DNA of 20,628 nucleotides from contig JAYGFR010000130.1 in the NCBI GenBank assembly GCA_046581755.1, positions 1-20,628 of the forward strand. The letters run 5' to 3'. A program made the position numbers and the translations under genes. Source of the DNA: Nitrospinota bacterium. GTDB taxonomy: Bacteria; UBA8248. The first letter of the stretch is position 1, and every line of letters begins with the position of its first letter. This document shows, in pieces, positions 1 to 8,814 of the stretch. Below the pieces are notes generated by a model. The model ran no database searches, was not told where the DNA came from, and saw only the letters and a list, made by a program, of their open reading frames with translations.

Positions 1-336
1 TCGCCCCAGCACCTTGCCTCCCCGGCCCCGGTCGCAGGTAACGCATAGGTTGAGCGGGGCTTCGAGAATGCCTTTGAGCTTGAGCGATTTATAAAGCTCC
101 TGGCGCTCTCCGGTAAATTGGCCGGCGCCCCGGGCGTTTTCCCTATCGAACATGGCCTTGACGCGCAATTTCGTATTCTCTTCCCGGATTAAAATGAAAT
201 TCCACGGCTGCATGAACCCCACCGAACCGGCGTGATGGGCCGCGTCCAGAATGCGGTAAAGCACATCGTCCGCAACGGGCTCCTGCCGAAACCGCCGGAC
301 GTCCCGCCGGGAATAGATGGCCTCATAGAGTTTCAT
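1..336 (-). CDS. bluB: 5,6-dimethylbenzimidazole synthase BluB (partial; 3' end runs off the window)
   Basis: Manual translation from ATG at 336 gives MKLYEAIYSRRDVRRFRQEPVADDVLYRILDAAHHAGSVGFMQPWNFILIR...LYKSLKLKGILEAPLNLCVTCDRGRGGKVLG. The RRDVR, SVGxMQPWNF and LKLxGIxEAP motifs are typical of BluB. The start overlaps the cobQ stop (ATGA, 333-336). Confidence 0.9.
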   Translation of the reverse strand, partial: MKLYEAIYSRRDVRRFRQEPVADDVLYRILDAAHHAGSVGFMQPWNFILIREENTKLRVKAMFDRENARGAGQFTGERQELYKSLKLKGILEAPLNLCVTCDRGRGGKVLGR

Positions 337-1820
337 CGCCGCCCCGCCAAGATTTCTCGGATGCCATCCATATCCAAGCTGGCCCGGACCCGGTCCGCAA
401 GGCGGTCCAGGTCCCCGTCCAGGTCCGTTTCCCCCGCCCCCGGAATGGGCTTCCACCCCTTCCCCGCCCGCAGGGCGTTGATGAAATGCCTGCGGAAGGG
501 GGCGCTGTCGAAAACGCCGTGGATGTAGGTCCCCCACACCCGGCCTCCCTCGGCCGAGCCGCCGTCCAAATCCCCTGAAATTTCACCGTGCCGCTCCGTG
601 ATCCGGAAGGCGGGGTTCTCCTCCCCCTGGGTGGCGCCCATGTGAATCTCGTAGCCGCTCACCTCGGCGCCGCTTTCGAGGTGGAGGGCGCGGACCCGGG
701 CCGTTCGCTTTTGCCCGCCGAATACCGTCTCGCTCCGGAGCAGGCCCAGCCCCGCCTCCTCCTCGGCGCTCGATTCGACGCGGCCCGGATCGCGGAGGCG
801 GGTTCCCATCATCTGAAATCCCCCGCAGATGCCGGCGACGCTCCCTCCGCTCTCGATGCAGCGCCGGATGTAGCCGGCGAATCCGGCTTCCTTCAGACGC
901 CGCAGGTCCGGAATCGTGCTTTTGGTGCCCGGTATCAGGATGGCGTCCGGTATGGAATCGCCGGGGTGCTCGGCATAGCAGAGAGAGATATCCGGCTCCG
1001 CCTCTAGGGCGTCGAAGTCGGTGAAGTTGGCGATCCGGGGATGGCGGATCACCTCGATGCGAACCCGTTCGCCGTGGACCGCCGGCCCGGGCGGCGGAGA
1101 GGGGATGCTGTCCTCCTCCGGCAAGCGAATATCCTTGAAGTAAGGAAGGACGCCCAGCACCTTCCGCCCGGTTTCCTTTTCCAGAAAGGCGAGGCCCGGC
1201 TTCAGGATGTCCATGTCGCCCCGGAATTTGTTGATGACGAAGCCGCGGACCCGCTCCCGCTCCTCTTCGAGGAGAAGATGCATCGTGCCGATCAACTGGG
1301 CGAAGACGCCGCCGAAATCGATATCGCCGACGAGGATGACCGCCGCGTCCGCCAGGGCGGCGGTTTGCATGTTCGCGATGTCGTTTTCGCGAAGGTTGAT
1401 CTCGGCCGGGCTGCCCGCCCCCTCGATGAGGATGAGTTCATATTGTTCCTGGAGCCGGCTCAGACATTCGAGGATGGTGGGCCGGAGGGATGGTTTGAAG
1501 ACCTCATATTCTTTGGCCGTCATGGTCCGGAGCGGCTTTCCCATAACAATCACCTGGGCCCCCTCGTCGGTGCACGGCTTTAGAAGGACGGGGTTCATCT
1601 CCACCGTCGGATCGATGCTGCAGGCCATGGCCTGGAGCGCCTGGGAGCGGGCAATTTCGCCTCCATCGGCGCAGACGCAGGCGTTGTTCGACATATTCTG
1701 GGCCTTGAAGGGAGCCACGCGGATGCCGTCCCGCCGGAATATCCGGCATAGCGCCGCCGTCAGAACGCTTTTTCCGACGTGGGAGCCGGTCCCCTGGACC
1801 ATCAACGGTTGATAAGGCAT
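333..1820 (-). CDS. cobQ: Cobyric acid synthase (CobQ/CbiP)
   Basis: Motifs MVQGTGSHVGKS, PFKAQNMSNN, EGAGSPAEINL, NFTDFDAL, glutaminase Cys in GICGGFQM, GYEIHMG and GTYIHG. Confidence 0.96.
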   Translation of the reverse strand: MPYQPLMVQGTGSHVGKSVLTAALCRIFRRDGIRVAPFKAQNMSNNACVCADGGEIARSQALQAMACSIDPTVEMNPVLLKPCTDEGAQVIVMGKPLRTMTAKEYEVFKPSLRPTILECLSRLQEQYELILIEGAGSPAEINLRENDIANMQTAALADAAVILVGDIDFGGVFAQLIGTMHLLLEEERERVRGFVINKFRGDMDILKPGLAFLEKETGRKVLGVLPYFKDIRLPEEDSIPSPPPGPAVHGERVRIEVIRHPRIANFTDFDALEAEPDISLCYAEHPGDSIPDAILIPGTKSTIPDLRRLKEAGFAGYIRRCIESGGSVAGICGGFQMMGTRLRDPGRVESSAEEEAGLGLLRSETVFGGQKRTARVRALHLESGAEVSGYEIHMGATQGEENPAFRITERHGEISGDLDGGSAEGGRVWGTYIHGVFDSAPFRRHFINALRAGKGWKPIPGAGETDLDGDLDRLADRVRASLDMDGIREILAGRR

Positions 1821-2770
1821 TCCCTCTGAATTCCTTTCAGGGCGCTCAGAAGGCGCTCGTTATCCGCGGCCACCCGGACGGCGAAGCGGACGTAGCGGTT
1901 TTTTTCCAGGCCCGTGAACGAGTCGCAGTTCCGGGCGGCAATGCCGCATTCGAGGAGTTCACGGCAGATCAGGGCTACGTCCGGGACGCGGCACAAGATA
2001 AAGTTCGCCTCGGAAGGAAGCGGGTGGAGCCTCAGATTGCCGAGGCCGCACGCCAGATCGGCGCGAAGCTTCGGAACCAATTCGAGGGTGCGCCGGGCGT
2101 AGTCCCGGTCGGCCAGGGCGGCGATGCCGGCGGCGGCGGCCAGAGCGTTGACGCTCCAGGGGGGCTGGAGGCGCCGGAGGCGGGCGACGGTCTCGGTCGA
2201 GGAGATCAGATATCCGAGCCGGAGGCCCGGCATGGCGTAGAATTTTGTCATGGACCGGAGGACGATGAGCCGGGAATCGGTGGCGGCGCGGGCGAGGAGG
2301 GATTCGCGCTCTCCGGCGAAGTCCATGAAGGATTCATCCACCACGAGCGGGCCGGGCCGCCGGAGAATTTCGCTGGCCGGGGTGAGCCGGCCCTCGGGGC
2401 TGGAGGGGTTCGCCAGGAAGGTCACGCCGGGCTCGCCCTCGTTCACCGGGATTCCGGCGGCCTCGAGCGCATCTTCGTACTCGGTGAAGGCAGGAGTGAG
2501 AACCTGCGCGCATTTGCCCGCGAATAGGCGGGTGATGAGGTAGATTAAGTCACTCGCACCGTTCCCTGCCAGCACATTCGCACGCGGTATTTCGAAATAT
2601 TCGCCGATGGCAGCGCAAAAATCATCCGCCCCGGGGCTCGGGTAGCGGGCGATCAGATTCGCGCCCCGCTCAAGGACTTTCAGCACGGATTCGGGCGGAC
2701 CCAGGGGGTTGACGTTCGAACTGAAGTCGAGGACCGATCTGTCGGATGCGCCGCCATGCGCTCGTTTCAT
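1802..2770 (-). CDS. cobD: L-threonine-O-3-phosphate decarboxylase (CobD; PLP class I/II aminotransferase fold)
   Basis: Start reassigned to ATG 2770, which has a GGAGG RBS upstream. Motifs HGG...LDFSSNVNPLGPP, GNGASDLI, VVDESFMDF and the PLP lysine motif RSMTKFYAMPGLRLGY. Cobalamin operon context. Confidence 0.88.
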   Translation of the reverse strand: MKRAHGGASDRSVLDFSSNVNPLGPPESVLKVLERGANLIARYPSPGADDFCAAIGEYFEIPRANVLAGNGASDLIYLITRLFAGKCAQVLTPAFTEYEDALEAAGIPVNEGEPGVTFLANPSSPEGRLTPASEILRRPGPLVVDESFMDFAGERESLLARAATDSRLIVLRSMTKFYAMPGLRLGYLISSTETVARLRRLQPPWSVNALAAAAGIAALADRDYARRTLELVPKLRADLACGLGNLRLHPLPSEANFILCRVPDVALICRELLECGIAARNCDSFTGLEKNRYVRFAVRVAADNERLLSALKGIQRECLINR

Positions 2771-3012
2771 CGGTGCCGCCTCCGGAGAGATTTGCGGGAA
2801 ATCCATCCGTGGATGGGAAAAAGAGTGGCGGGGCGAGGCGCTTATCGGCCCGGTGGACTGTGCCGAAATGCGAAATTTCAGGGCTGCGCCGCCCCCGGAT
2901 CGGGTATTCTCGGTTGTGGATGGAGAGGGGCCAAAGCGGTGACAAGAGACGAAAACGGCAAAGGCAGGCTCACGCCAGGCGCTCCCAATCCACGAGGAGA
3001 AACCGAAACCAT

Positions 3013-3170
3013 CTCGCAGGCCGATATCCTGGCTCTCAGCCCTTATCGCACTTGCCTTCCCAACGCCTCGCATCAGTGGCATCGTAAGTGCGCATGACTG
3101 ATTACAGTGGCGGGACCGCGCCGGATTCGCACCGGCTTCCCGGAAATGCCCCCTGCGGGCACCCTGCAAG
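3013..3170 (-). ncRNA. Cobalamin (AdoCbl/B12-element) riboswitch aptamer
   Basis: The minus strand reads CTTGCAGGGTGC...GGGAAGCCGGTGCGAATCCGGCGCGGTCCCGCCACTGTAA...GCCACTG...GGGAAGG...GAGCCAGGATATCGGCCTGCGAG. This contains the conserved GGGAA/GGTGnnAAnCC, CCCGCCACTGT, GCCACTG/GGGAAG and B12-box-like segments. A P1 stem can form between CTTGCAGG and CCTGCGAG. It lies upstream of cobD-cobQ-bluB. Confidence 0.93.
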
Positions 3171-3179
3171 AATTCTGAC

Positions 3180-3208
3180 AGCTAACACTGTTGATTTGGG
3201 GATGTCAA
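3180..3208 (-). promoter_or_regulatory. Candidate sigma70 promoter for the riboswitch/cobD operon
   Basis: A perfect -35 TTGACA (3208-3203) is followed by a 17-nt spacer and an imperfect -10-like TTAGCT, about 10 nt before the aptamer's 5' end. Confidence 0.5.
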
Positions 3209-3272
3209 GCATTTCGGTCCGAGCGGGTTTCCACTCGAACCCCGATGAAAGGTGTGTGATGGGCAGGTTCGA

Positions 3273-3803
3273 ATGAGCAAAATCAGCCTAATCACGGGCG
3301 GCGCGCGAAGCGGGAAAAGCCGGTGCGCGCTGGAATGGGCCGGGCGCTGCACCGGGGGCCGGACATTCATCGCCACTGCCGAGCCCTTTGACGATGAGAT
3401 GCGCGTGCGGATACAAAAGCACCGGCTCGAACGGGGGGAGGCGTTCGAGACCATCGAGGAGCCGGTGGATCTGGCCGGCGCTCTCCGTTCGATACCCGAC
3501 ACCTGTGAGGTGGCCGTGGTGGATTGTCTCACCGTCTGGCTGGGGAATCTCATGCACCGAAGCGGCGGCAAGGCCGGTCCGTTTCCGGAGGTTTCGGAAT
3601 TTCTGGCCCACCTCGGCAACCTTTCGTTTGACCTGATCCTGGTGACAAACGAGGTGGGCATGGGGATTATCCCGGAAAATCCATTGGCCCGCCGGTTCCG
3701 GGATGAATTGGGCCGCCTGAACCAAGAGGTGGCGGCCCGGGCTGGCCGCGTGGTGCTCATGGTGGGAGGATTGCCTCTCCAAGTGAAAGGGGCGGAAGGA
3801 TGA
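3273..3803 (+). CDS. cobU: Bifunctional adenosylcobinamide kinase / adenosylcobinamide-phosphate guanylyltransferase (CobU/CobP)
   Basis: LITGGARSGKS P-loop, FIATA, DDEMRVRIQKHR, VVDCLTVWLGN, LVTNEVGMGIIP and RRFRDELGRLNQ. Start taken at ATG 3273. Confidence 0.95.
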   Translation: MSKISLITGGARSGKSRCALEWAGRCTGGRTFIATAEPFDDEMRVRIQKHRLERGEAFETIEEPVDLAGALRSIPDTCEVAVVDCLTVWLGNLMHRSGGKAGPFPEVSEFLAHLGNLSFDLILVTNEVGMGIIPENPLARRFRDELGRLNQEVAARAGRVVLMVGGLPLQVKGAEG

Positions 3804-4858
3804 GCGGCATAACCGAGATCATCGGCCGAATTCCAACGGTCAACCGCACCCTTCAGGCCGAAGTCAGCGGGCACTTGGATCGGCTGACCAAGCCTCCGGG
3901 AAGCCTGGGCCGGCTGGAGGATTTCGCAGTTCAGTATTGCTGCGTCACCGGAACGACCAAGCCCGAGATAAGGAAAAAAATCATATTCACCCTCGCGGGG
4001 GATCATGGCGTGGCCGAGGAGGGGGTTTCGGCCTATCCCAAGGAGGTGACCCCCCAAATGGTCAGGAACATTCTTGTGGGGGGGGCAGCCGTAAATGTCC
4101 TGGCCCGGCACGCGGGGGCCGATGTCCGGGTGGTGGATATCGGAATCGATAACCCGATGGAGGGGGCCGATGGGCTCATTCGCCGGAAGGTCCGGTCCGG
4201 GACCGGCAACATATCGAAAGAGCCCGCGATGACGACCGATGAGGCGGAAAAAGCGATCGAGGCCGGGATAAATCTGGCGCGGGGAGCGGCGTCCGAAGGC
4301 GCGGGGTTGATCGGCACGGGCGAGATGGGGATCGCCAACACCACGCCGGCCGCCGCTCTTTTTGCCGCGTTGCTTCCCTGCGAGGCCGGGGAGATCACCG
4401 GCCGCGGGACCGGAATCGATGACGCCGCGCTCGCGAGGAAAAAGGAGATTGTCGAGCGTGCGCTCGCCCTTCACAAGGGCAAGCTGGCCGACCCGCTCGG
4501 TGCGCTGGCGGCGCTCGGAGGAATGGAAATCGCGGGAATCGCCGGCCTGATTCTCGGTGCGGCCTCATGCCGCATTCCCGTCGTGGTGGACGGATTCATC
4601 TCCTCGGCGGGGGCGCTTGCGGCGTGCCGAATGTGCCCGAAAGTGAAAGACTATCTTTATTTCAGCCATCTTTCGCACGAGAAGGGCCACAAGGTATTCG
4701 CGGAGCTCTTTGGTGTGAAGCCGGTTCTGGATTTGGGAATGCGCCTGGGCGAGGGGACGGGCGCGGCGTTGGCCATGTCGATCATCGAGGCCGCGATCAA
4801 AATATACAATGAAATGGCGACTTTCGACTCAGCCGAGGTCAGCGGGGAGCATTCATGA
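3800..4858 (+). CDS. cobT: Nicotinate-nucleotide--dimethylbenzimidazole phosphoribosyltransferase
   Basis: LTKPPGSLGRLE, AGDHGVAEEGVSAYP, GEMGIANTT, VDGFIS and catalytic Glu motif RLGEGTGA. ATGA overlap with cobU. Confidence 0.96.
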   Translation: MSGITEIIGRIPTVNRTLQAEVSGHLDRLTKPPGSLGRLEDFAVQYCCVTGTTKPEIRKKIIFTLAGDHGVAEEGVSAYPKEVTPQMVRNILVGGAAVNVLARHAGADVRVVDIGIDNPMEGADGLIRRKVRSGTGNISKEPAMTTDEAEKAIEAGINLARGAASEGAGLIGTGEMGIANTTPAAALFAALLPCEAGEITGRGTGIDDAALARKKEIVERALALHKGKLADPLGALAALGGMEIAGIAGLILGAASCRIPVVVDGFISSAGALAACRMCPKVKDYLYFSHLSHEKGHKVFAELFGVKPVLDLGMRLGEGTGAALAMSIIEAAIKIYNEMATFDSAEVSGEHS

Positions 4859-5637
4859 CGTGGGGGCTGGTCACGGCGTTCCGGACCCTGACGATTTTGC
4901 CCGTGCCGGGAAGGGATGCCGGGGAGATGGCATCCTCGCTGCCTTGGTTCCCGGTGGTGGGTGGCGTTTTGGGCAGCCTTTTCGCGGCCCTGGCCCTGGT
5001 AACGAATGAGTTGTCCGGTGGCCACTGGCCGGGCGGCGCGGCGGCAGCCGCCCTGGCGGGCGGAATCGTTTTGACCCGGGCGATTCACCTGGATGGGCTG
5101 GCCGACTGGGCGGACGGTTTCGGGGGCGGGGGGGACAGAAAAAAAACGCTGGCGATCATGAAAGACTCTGCCACCGGGGTGTTCGGCGTCACGGCGATCG
5201 TTGCCGTGTTGCTGATCAAATGGGTTTCGCTGGCGCGCCTCGTTTCGGCGGGCGCTTTCGTGTGGATCATCGCCGCCGCGATCATCTCCAGGGGGATGCA
5301 GGTGGAATGGGCGGCGTGGCTGTCCTATGCCCGCCCGGAGGGGGGAACCGCCGCCTCTTTTGTGAATGGCGCGCGGCCTTCCCACCGGTGGGGGGCTTTG
5401 CTCGGTGCTTTGGTTTTGCTGCTCCTATTTTGCGGCCCGGCGGGCGGGCTGGCCCTCGCGGGGGGATGGCTCGCCGCGAAGGGTTACGGGCTCTGGTGCC
5501 GGCGCCGCTTGGGGGGAATCACCGGAGACCTCCTGGGCGCAGGAAGCGAACTGGTGGAGGCGTTGATATTGACGGCGGCTGCGATGGCGGGCCGGGAGCT
5601 GGCGAAACTGTCGGATTGGAGCGTTTTGTATCCCTGA
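4855..5637 (+). CDS. cobS: Adenosylcobinamide-GDP ribazoletransferase (cobalamin synthase)
   Basis: Hydrophobic membrane protein with HLDGLADWADG, IMKDS.TGVFG and GGITGDLLGA motifs. ATGA overlap with cobT. Confidence 0.95.
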   Translation: MTWGLVTAFRTLTILPVPGRDAGEMASSLPWFPVVGGVLGSLFAALALVTNELSGGHWPGGAAAAALAGGIVLTRAIHLDGLADWADGFGGGGDRKKTLAIMKDSATGVFGVTAIVAVLLIKWVSLARLVSAGAFVWIIAAAIISRGMQVEWAAWLSYARPEGGTAASFVNGARPSHRWGALLGALVLLLLFCGPAGGLALAGGWLAAKGYGLWCRRRLGGITGDLLGAGSELVEALILTAAAMAGRELAKLSDWSVLYP

Positions 5638-5956
5638 TCAATGGGCGCGGGATCCGGTATACCCTCGAATTTCCAGTCGGTTATTCGGGGCGCCAGTATA
5701 AATAGAAAAGAGAGATTCCTCGGCAGCTGCTTCGGCTCAAGGGCCCGTAAGCATGATTGCGAAGATGGCTCTCAATGAATGGTGAGTTTTATAAGGTAAA
5801 TCCTCACAAAAATCGACGGCACTTATTTCGAAAACCTCCCGGAATGCCGCTGTTTTTTTTCTCGGGAGTGAAGTTTCGGTTGTAATTTGCGAATGGTTTT
5901 GTCTAAAACCCGCGGTTCGGTTATTTTTCAAGTTTGAGATATGGAACGCCCGATAA

Positions 5957-6627
5957 ATGGAACCTTGTGTAGCCGTCATACATGCCACCCGCGCCGCGGT
6001 AACGCCCATCGAGGAAGCCTTCGATCGCCTTTGGCCCGAAGCGGACACGATCAGCCTGCTGGATGAGTCCCTGAGTGTGGATTTGGAAAAAGCGGGTGAA
6101 CTCACGCCGGCCTTGATGACTCGCGTCGGGCGGCTCGCCCGATTCGCGAAAGCGGGCGGTGCGGATGCTATCCTGTTCTCCTGTTCGGCCTTTGGAGAGG
6201 CCATCGAATCGGCCCGCTCCTCGATGGAAATCCCCGTACTCAAGCTCAACGAGGCGATGCTCGAGGAAGCCTTGGCGGCCGGATCGCGCATCCGGCTCGT
6301 CGCGACTTTCGAGCCATCCATCCGGTCCATCCTCAAGGAACTCGGCGAAATGAGCGCAGGGCGGGCCAGAAAATCGAGACGGACGTTTGTTTCGTTCCCG
6401 ATGCTATGAAGGCCCTTGCCTCGGGGGATCGGGAGAGACACGATACCTTGATCGTCGAGGCGGTCAGCCAGTGTCCGCCCTGGGATGTGGTGATGCTGGG
6501 TCAATTCTCCATGGCGCCGGCCCTTTCCCGGGTGGCCGCGAAAGTGGCCTCCAAAGTGCTCACCAGCCCGCACAGCGCCGTCGCACGGCTCAAAGAACAG
6601 TTTTCCCTGGTCAAAGGTCCGGTTTGA
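5957..6627 (+). pseudogene. Asp/Glu/hydantoin racemase-superfamily protein, split by an apparent 1-bp deletion near 6356-6362
   Basis: The N-terminal part has IHAT, LLDESLS, ILFSCSAFG and LVATFEPS. The C-terminal part is in the -1 frame: AGQKIETDVCFVPDAMKALASGDRERHD...MLGQFSMA...VLTSPHSAV. The two halves join into one ~223-aa family-like protein. Confidence 0.75.
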
Positions 6628-6673
6628 TTTTTTCCTGAATTTTTTCCGCTTTCCTCCCGGATATTTTCGCCGT

Positions 6674-6702
6674 TGCGGCGGAGCGATCCTCCGTTGCATT
6701 TA
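6674..6702 (+). terminator. Candidate stem-loop between convergent genes
   Basis: TGCGGCGGAG-CGATC-CTCCGTTGCA forms a 10-bp stem with two G-U pairs, followed by a short TTT. It is nested inside a 9-bp inverted repeat TTCCGCTTT (6644-6652) / AAAGCGGAA (6703-6711). Confidence 0.45.
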
Positions 6703-6715
6703 AAAGCGGAACGGT

Positions 6716-8314
6716 CTATTGCACCGCTTCGGCAAGGTCGGGCGCCGAAAGGGGAGTCCACCACCTTTCGATCTTCAAATCCTCCGAGATGACGCTCGCC
6801 GCGTTGTAGCCCGGCGCGCCGTTGAGCCCCCCGCCCTGGCAGCTCGACCCGCACAAGTAAAAACCTTCCAGAGGGGTTCGCATGCCCGAAAGAAGGGGAT
6901 GCGGCCGATTCACCCCGAGCTGATCTTTGGTATAGGCCCCCATCCGTACGGCGCCATCCACCATGTTTGAGTTGCCTCTCGCGACGTCGAGCGGGGTATA
7001 GAGACCGGCCGCGCGCACGGTATCCCCGGTCAGGTTCGGGGCGAATTCTCTCCAGACACCCAGGAGCCGGGCCGTCATTTCCTCGCGTATATCGTCCCAC
7101 CCACCGGGGCCATTGCCCTCGATATTGTAGGGGGCGCCCGGCCACCAGAAAGCGACATGCCCGCCCTCGGGGGCGTGGGAGGGATCGTGCTGGCTGTTGC
7201 ACGACCCATTGCCCATGGGGATGGTCGGGAGTTTCCCGGCGCGGCGCTCCGCCGCGTTCCGGATGACCTCCTCGTCCGTATCTGCCCCGAATATGATGTT
7301 GAACGACTCTCCGACGTCGGGGTCGAATTTTTCGGCGGTGTAAACAGGCCGGTCGGAGAGGGCGAGGTGAAGCGTCATCAGGGAGTGGAATCCCCAGTCC
7401 CAGTTCCGCATTTTCTCGTTGACCTCATCCGGGAAGGCGTCCTCTCCCGCCATTCGAATCGATGCGGGAGCGTTCAGGCCGCTCGCCACGAAGCGATTCG
7501 CCTCGTGCCGGCTCCCGTCTTCGAGAACGACCCCAGCCGCACGGCCGTTTTCCCGAATAACTTCCCGGACAGGTGCGTTCCGGTGAACCGCCCCTCCCAG
7601 CGAGAGAATGAGCTTTTCCAGCGCCCGCGGCAGCTCGAACGCCCCGCCGCAGGGAAGCCCCAGGGTGGTGTGTGTCGAGAAAAGGCCCGGGAAGAACATG
7701 CCGGTGCCGGGTTCGTCCTCCACGGTGATGGCATGGGCGAGCAGCTTGAAGAGAGTCCGCATCTTGGGATGCTCGAAATGGGTGTCGATGGCTTTGGAGA
7801 TGCTCATTGGAGCGAAGGCGAGAAGTTCGCCGCCTTTCTCACCTCCCACCCGCGAGGCGATTTCGGCGGGCGGAAGCGGTACATGAAAAAGAAAGCTGCG
7901 AAGGAGAGGGGCCAACTCGACGGCGTAACGCTGATGAAGCGCCCGGTAGGATTGGGCGTCTTTCTCCGAGAACCGGGCGATGGAGGCCGCGCTTTTTTCC
8001 GGGTCGCGGTGGAGAAGGAGAGCCGACCCGTCGCGGAACAGGGCGGCGTGCTGAACCTCGGGGGTCACCCAGCGGAATCCGTGGCGGCCAAGCTCCAAGT
8101 CGCGCACGATCGGAAAATCGTCCAGTCCGATGAAAAAATTCGCGTGCATGTTGGAAAGGTACCCGGGAAGGAGGAATTCGCGGGTCGATGCTCCCCCTCC
8201 GATCTCCTCTTCGCTCTCGAACACGCCTACCTTCAACCCGCACCGCGCCATATAGGCCGCGCATACCAAGCCGTTGTGTCCCGCGCCGATGACGATTCCG
8301 TCGTATTGATCCAT
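6716..8314 (-). CDS. FAD-dependent oxidoreductase, phytoene dehydrogenase-related (COG1233-like)
   Basis: Start reassigned to ATG 8314 (AGGAG RBS). MDQYDGIVIGAGHNGLVCAAY Rossmann motif, E..IGGG, and C-terminal RTPLEGFYLCGSS..GGG.NGAPGYNAA. Confidence 0.85.
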   Translation of the reverse strand: MDQYDGIVIGAGHNGLVCAAYMARCGLKVGVFESEEEIGGGASTREFLLPGYLSNMHANFFIGLDDFPIVRDLELGRHGFRWVTPEVQHAALFRDGSALLLHRDPEKSAASIARFSEKDAQSYRALHQRYAVELAPLLRSFLFHVPLPPAEIASRVGGEKGGELLAFAPMSISKAIDTHFEHPKMRTLFKLLAHAITVEDEPGTGMFFPGLFSTHTTLGLPCGGAFELPRALEKLILSLGGAVHRNAPVREVIRENGRAAGVVLEDGSRHEANRFVASGLNAPASIRMAGEDAFPDEVNEKMRNWDWGFHSLMTLHLALSDRPVYTAEKFDPDVGESFNIIFGADTDEEVIRNAAERRAGKLPTIPMGNGSCNSQHDPSHAPEGGHVAFWWPGAPYNIEGNGPGGWDDIREEMTARLLGVWREFAPNLTGDTVRAAGLYTPLDVARGNSNMVDGAVRMGAYTKDQLGVNRPHPLLSGMRTPLEGFYLCGSSCQGGGLNGAPGYNAASVISEDLKIERWWTPLSAPDLAEAVQ

Positions 8315-8325
8315 CGCCTTATCTC

Positions 8326-8814
8326 CTAAAAATGTTCCTGCTTGATTATTTTGCCGGATAGATTCCGGACCGCGTTTAGAATTTCCGGATACGCACCGCA
8401 TCGGCAGTAGTTGCCGTTGAGATAGGTCCGGGCTTCCTCCTTGGTGGGAAGAGGATTTTCCGCGAGGAGCGCCTTCACTGCAAGCATCATCCCCGAGGTG
8501 CAAAAGGCACACTGAAAAGCGCCTTCTTCCAGAAATGCCTCCTGCACGGGGCCAAAGTCGTTTCCGTTGGCCAAGCCCTCGACGGTGGTGATCTCGGCCC
8601 CGTCCGGAAGGGTTCGCACGAGTGTCAGGCAAGAGCTGATCGGGTTCCCGTCCACCAAAACCGTACAAGAGCCGCAGGCGCCCACGCCGCACCCCTCCCG
8701 CGCCGCCTTGAGCCCGAGACCGTCCCGGAGAACATCCAGGAGGATGGCGTTGTCCTCGATTTCGAGGCCCCGCTCCTCGCCGTTTACCTTGAGGCCGATC
8801 CTGCGCCGGCTCAT
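8326..8814 (-). CDS. Xanthine-oxidase-family molybdenum hydroxylase small subunit, 2x[2Fe-2S] (CoxS-like)
   Basis: Cysteine motifs GCGVGACGSC...SCL and QCAFCTSG...NYCRCG. Start ATG 8814 overlaps the large-subunit stop. Confidence 0.92.
   Translation of the reverse strand: MSRRRIGLKVNGEERGLEIEDNAILLDVLRDGLGLKAAREGCGVGACGSCTVLVDGNPISSCLTLVRTLPDGAEITTVEGLANGNDFGPVQEAFLEEGAFQCAFCTSGMMLAVKALLAENPLPTKEEARTYLNGNYCRCGAYPEILNAVRNLSGKIIKQEHF

Noticed and set aside
2771..3169. 133-aa N-terminal extension of the 455-aa ORF 1802..3169
   Set aside because: It runs through the riboswitch and leader, has no recognisable homology, and ATG 2770 has a good RBS and the family N-terminus.
6716..8314. Carotenoid desaturase crtI
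   Set aside because: No crtB/crtE context, and the GAGHNG-type N-terminus fits the broad uncharacterised COG1233 group.
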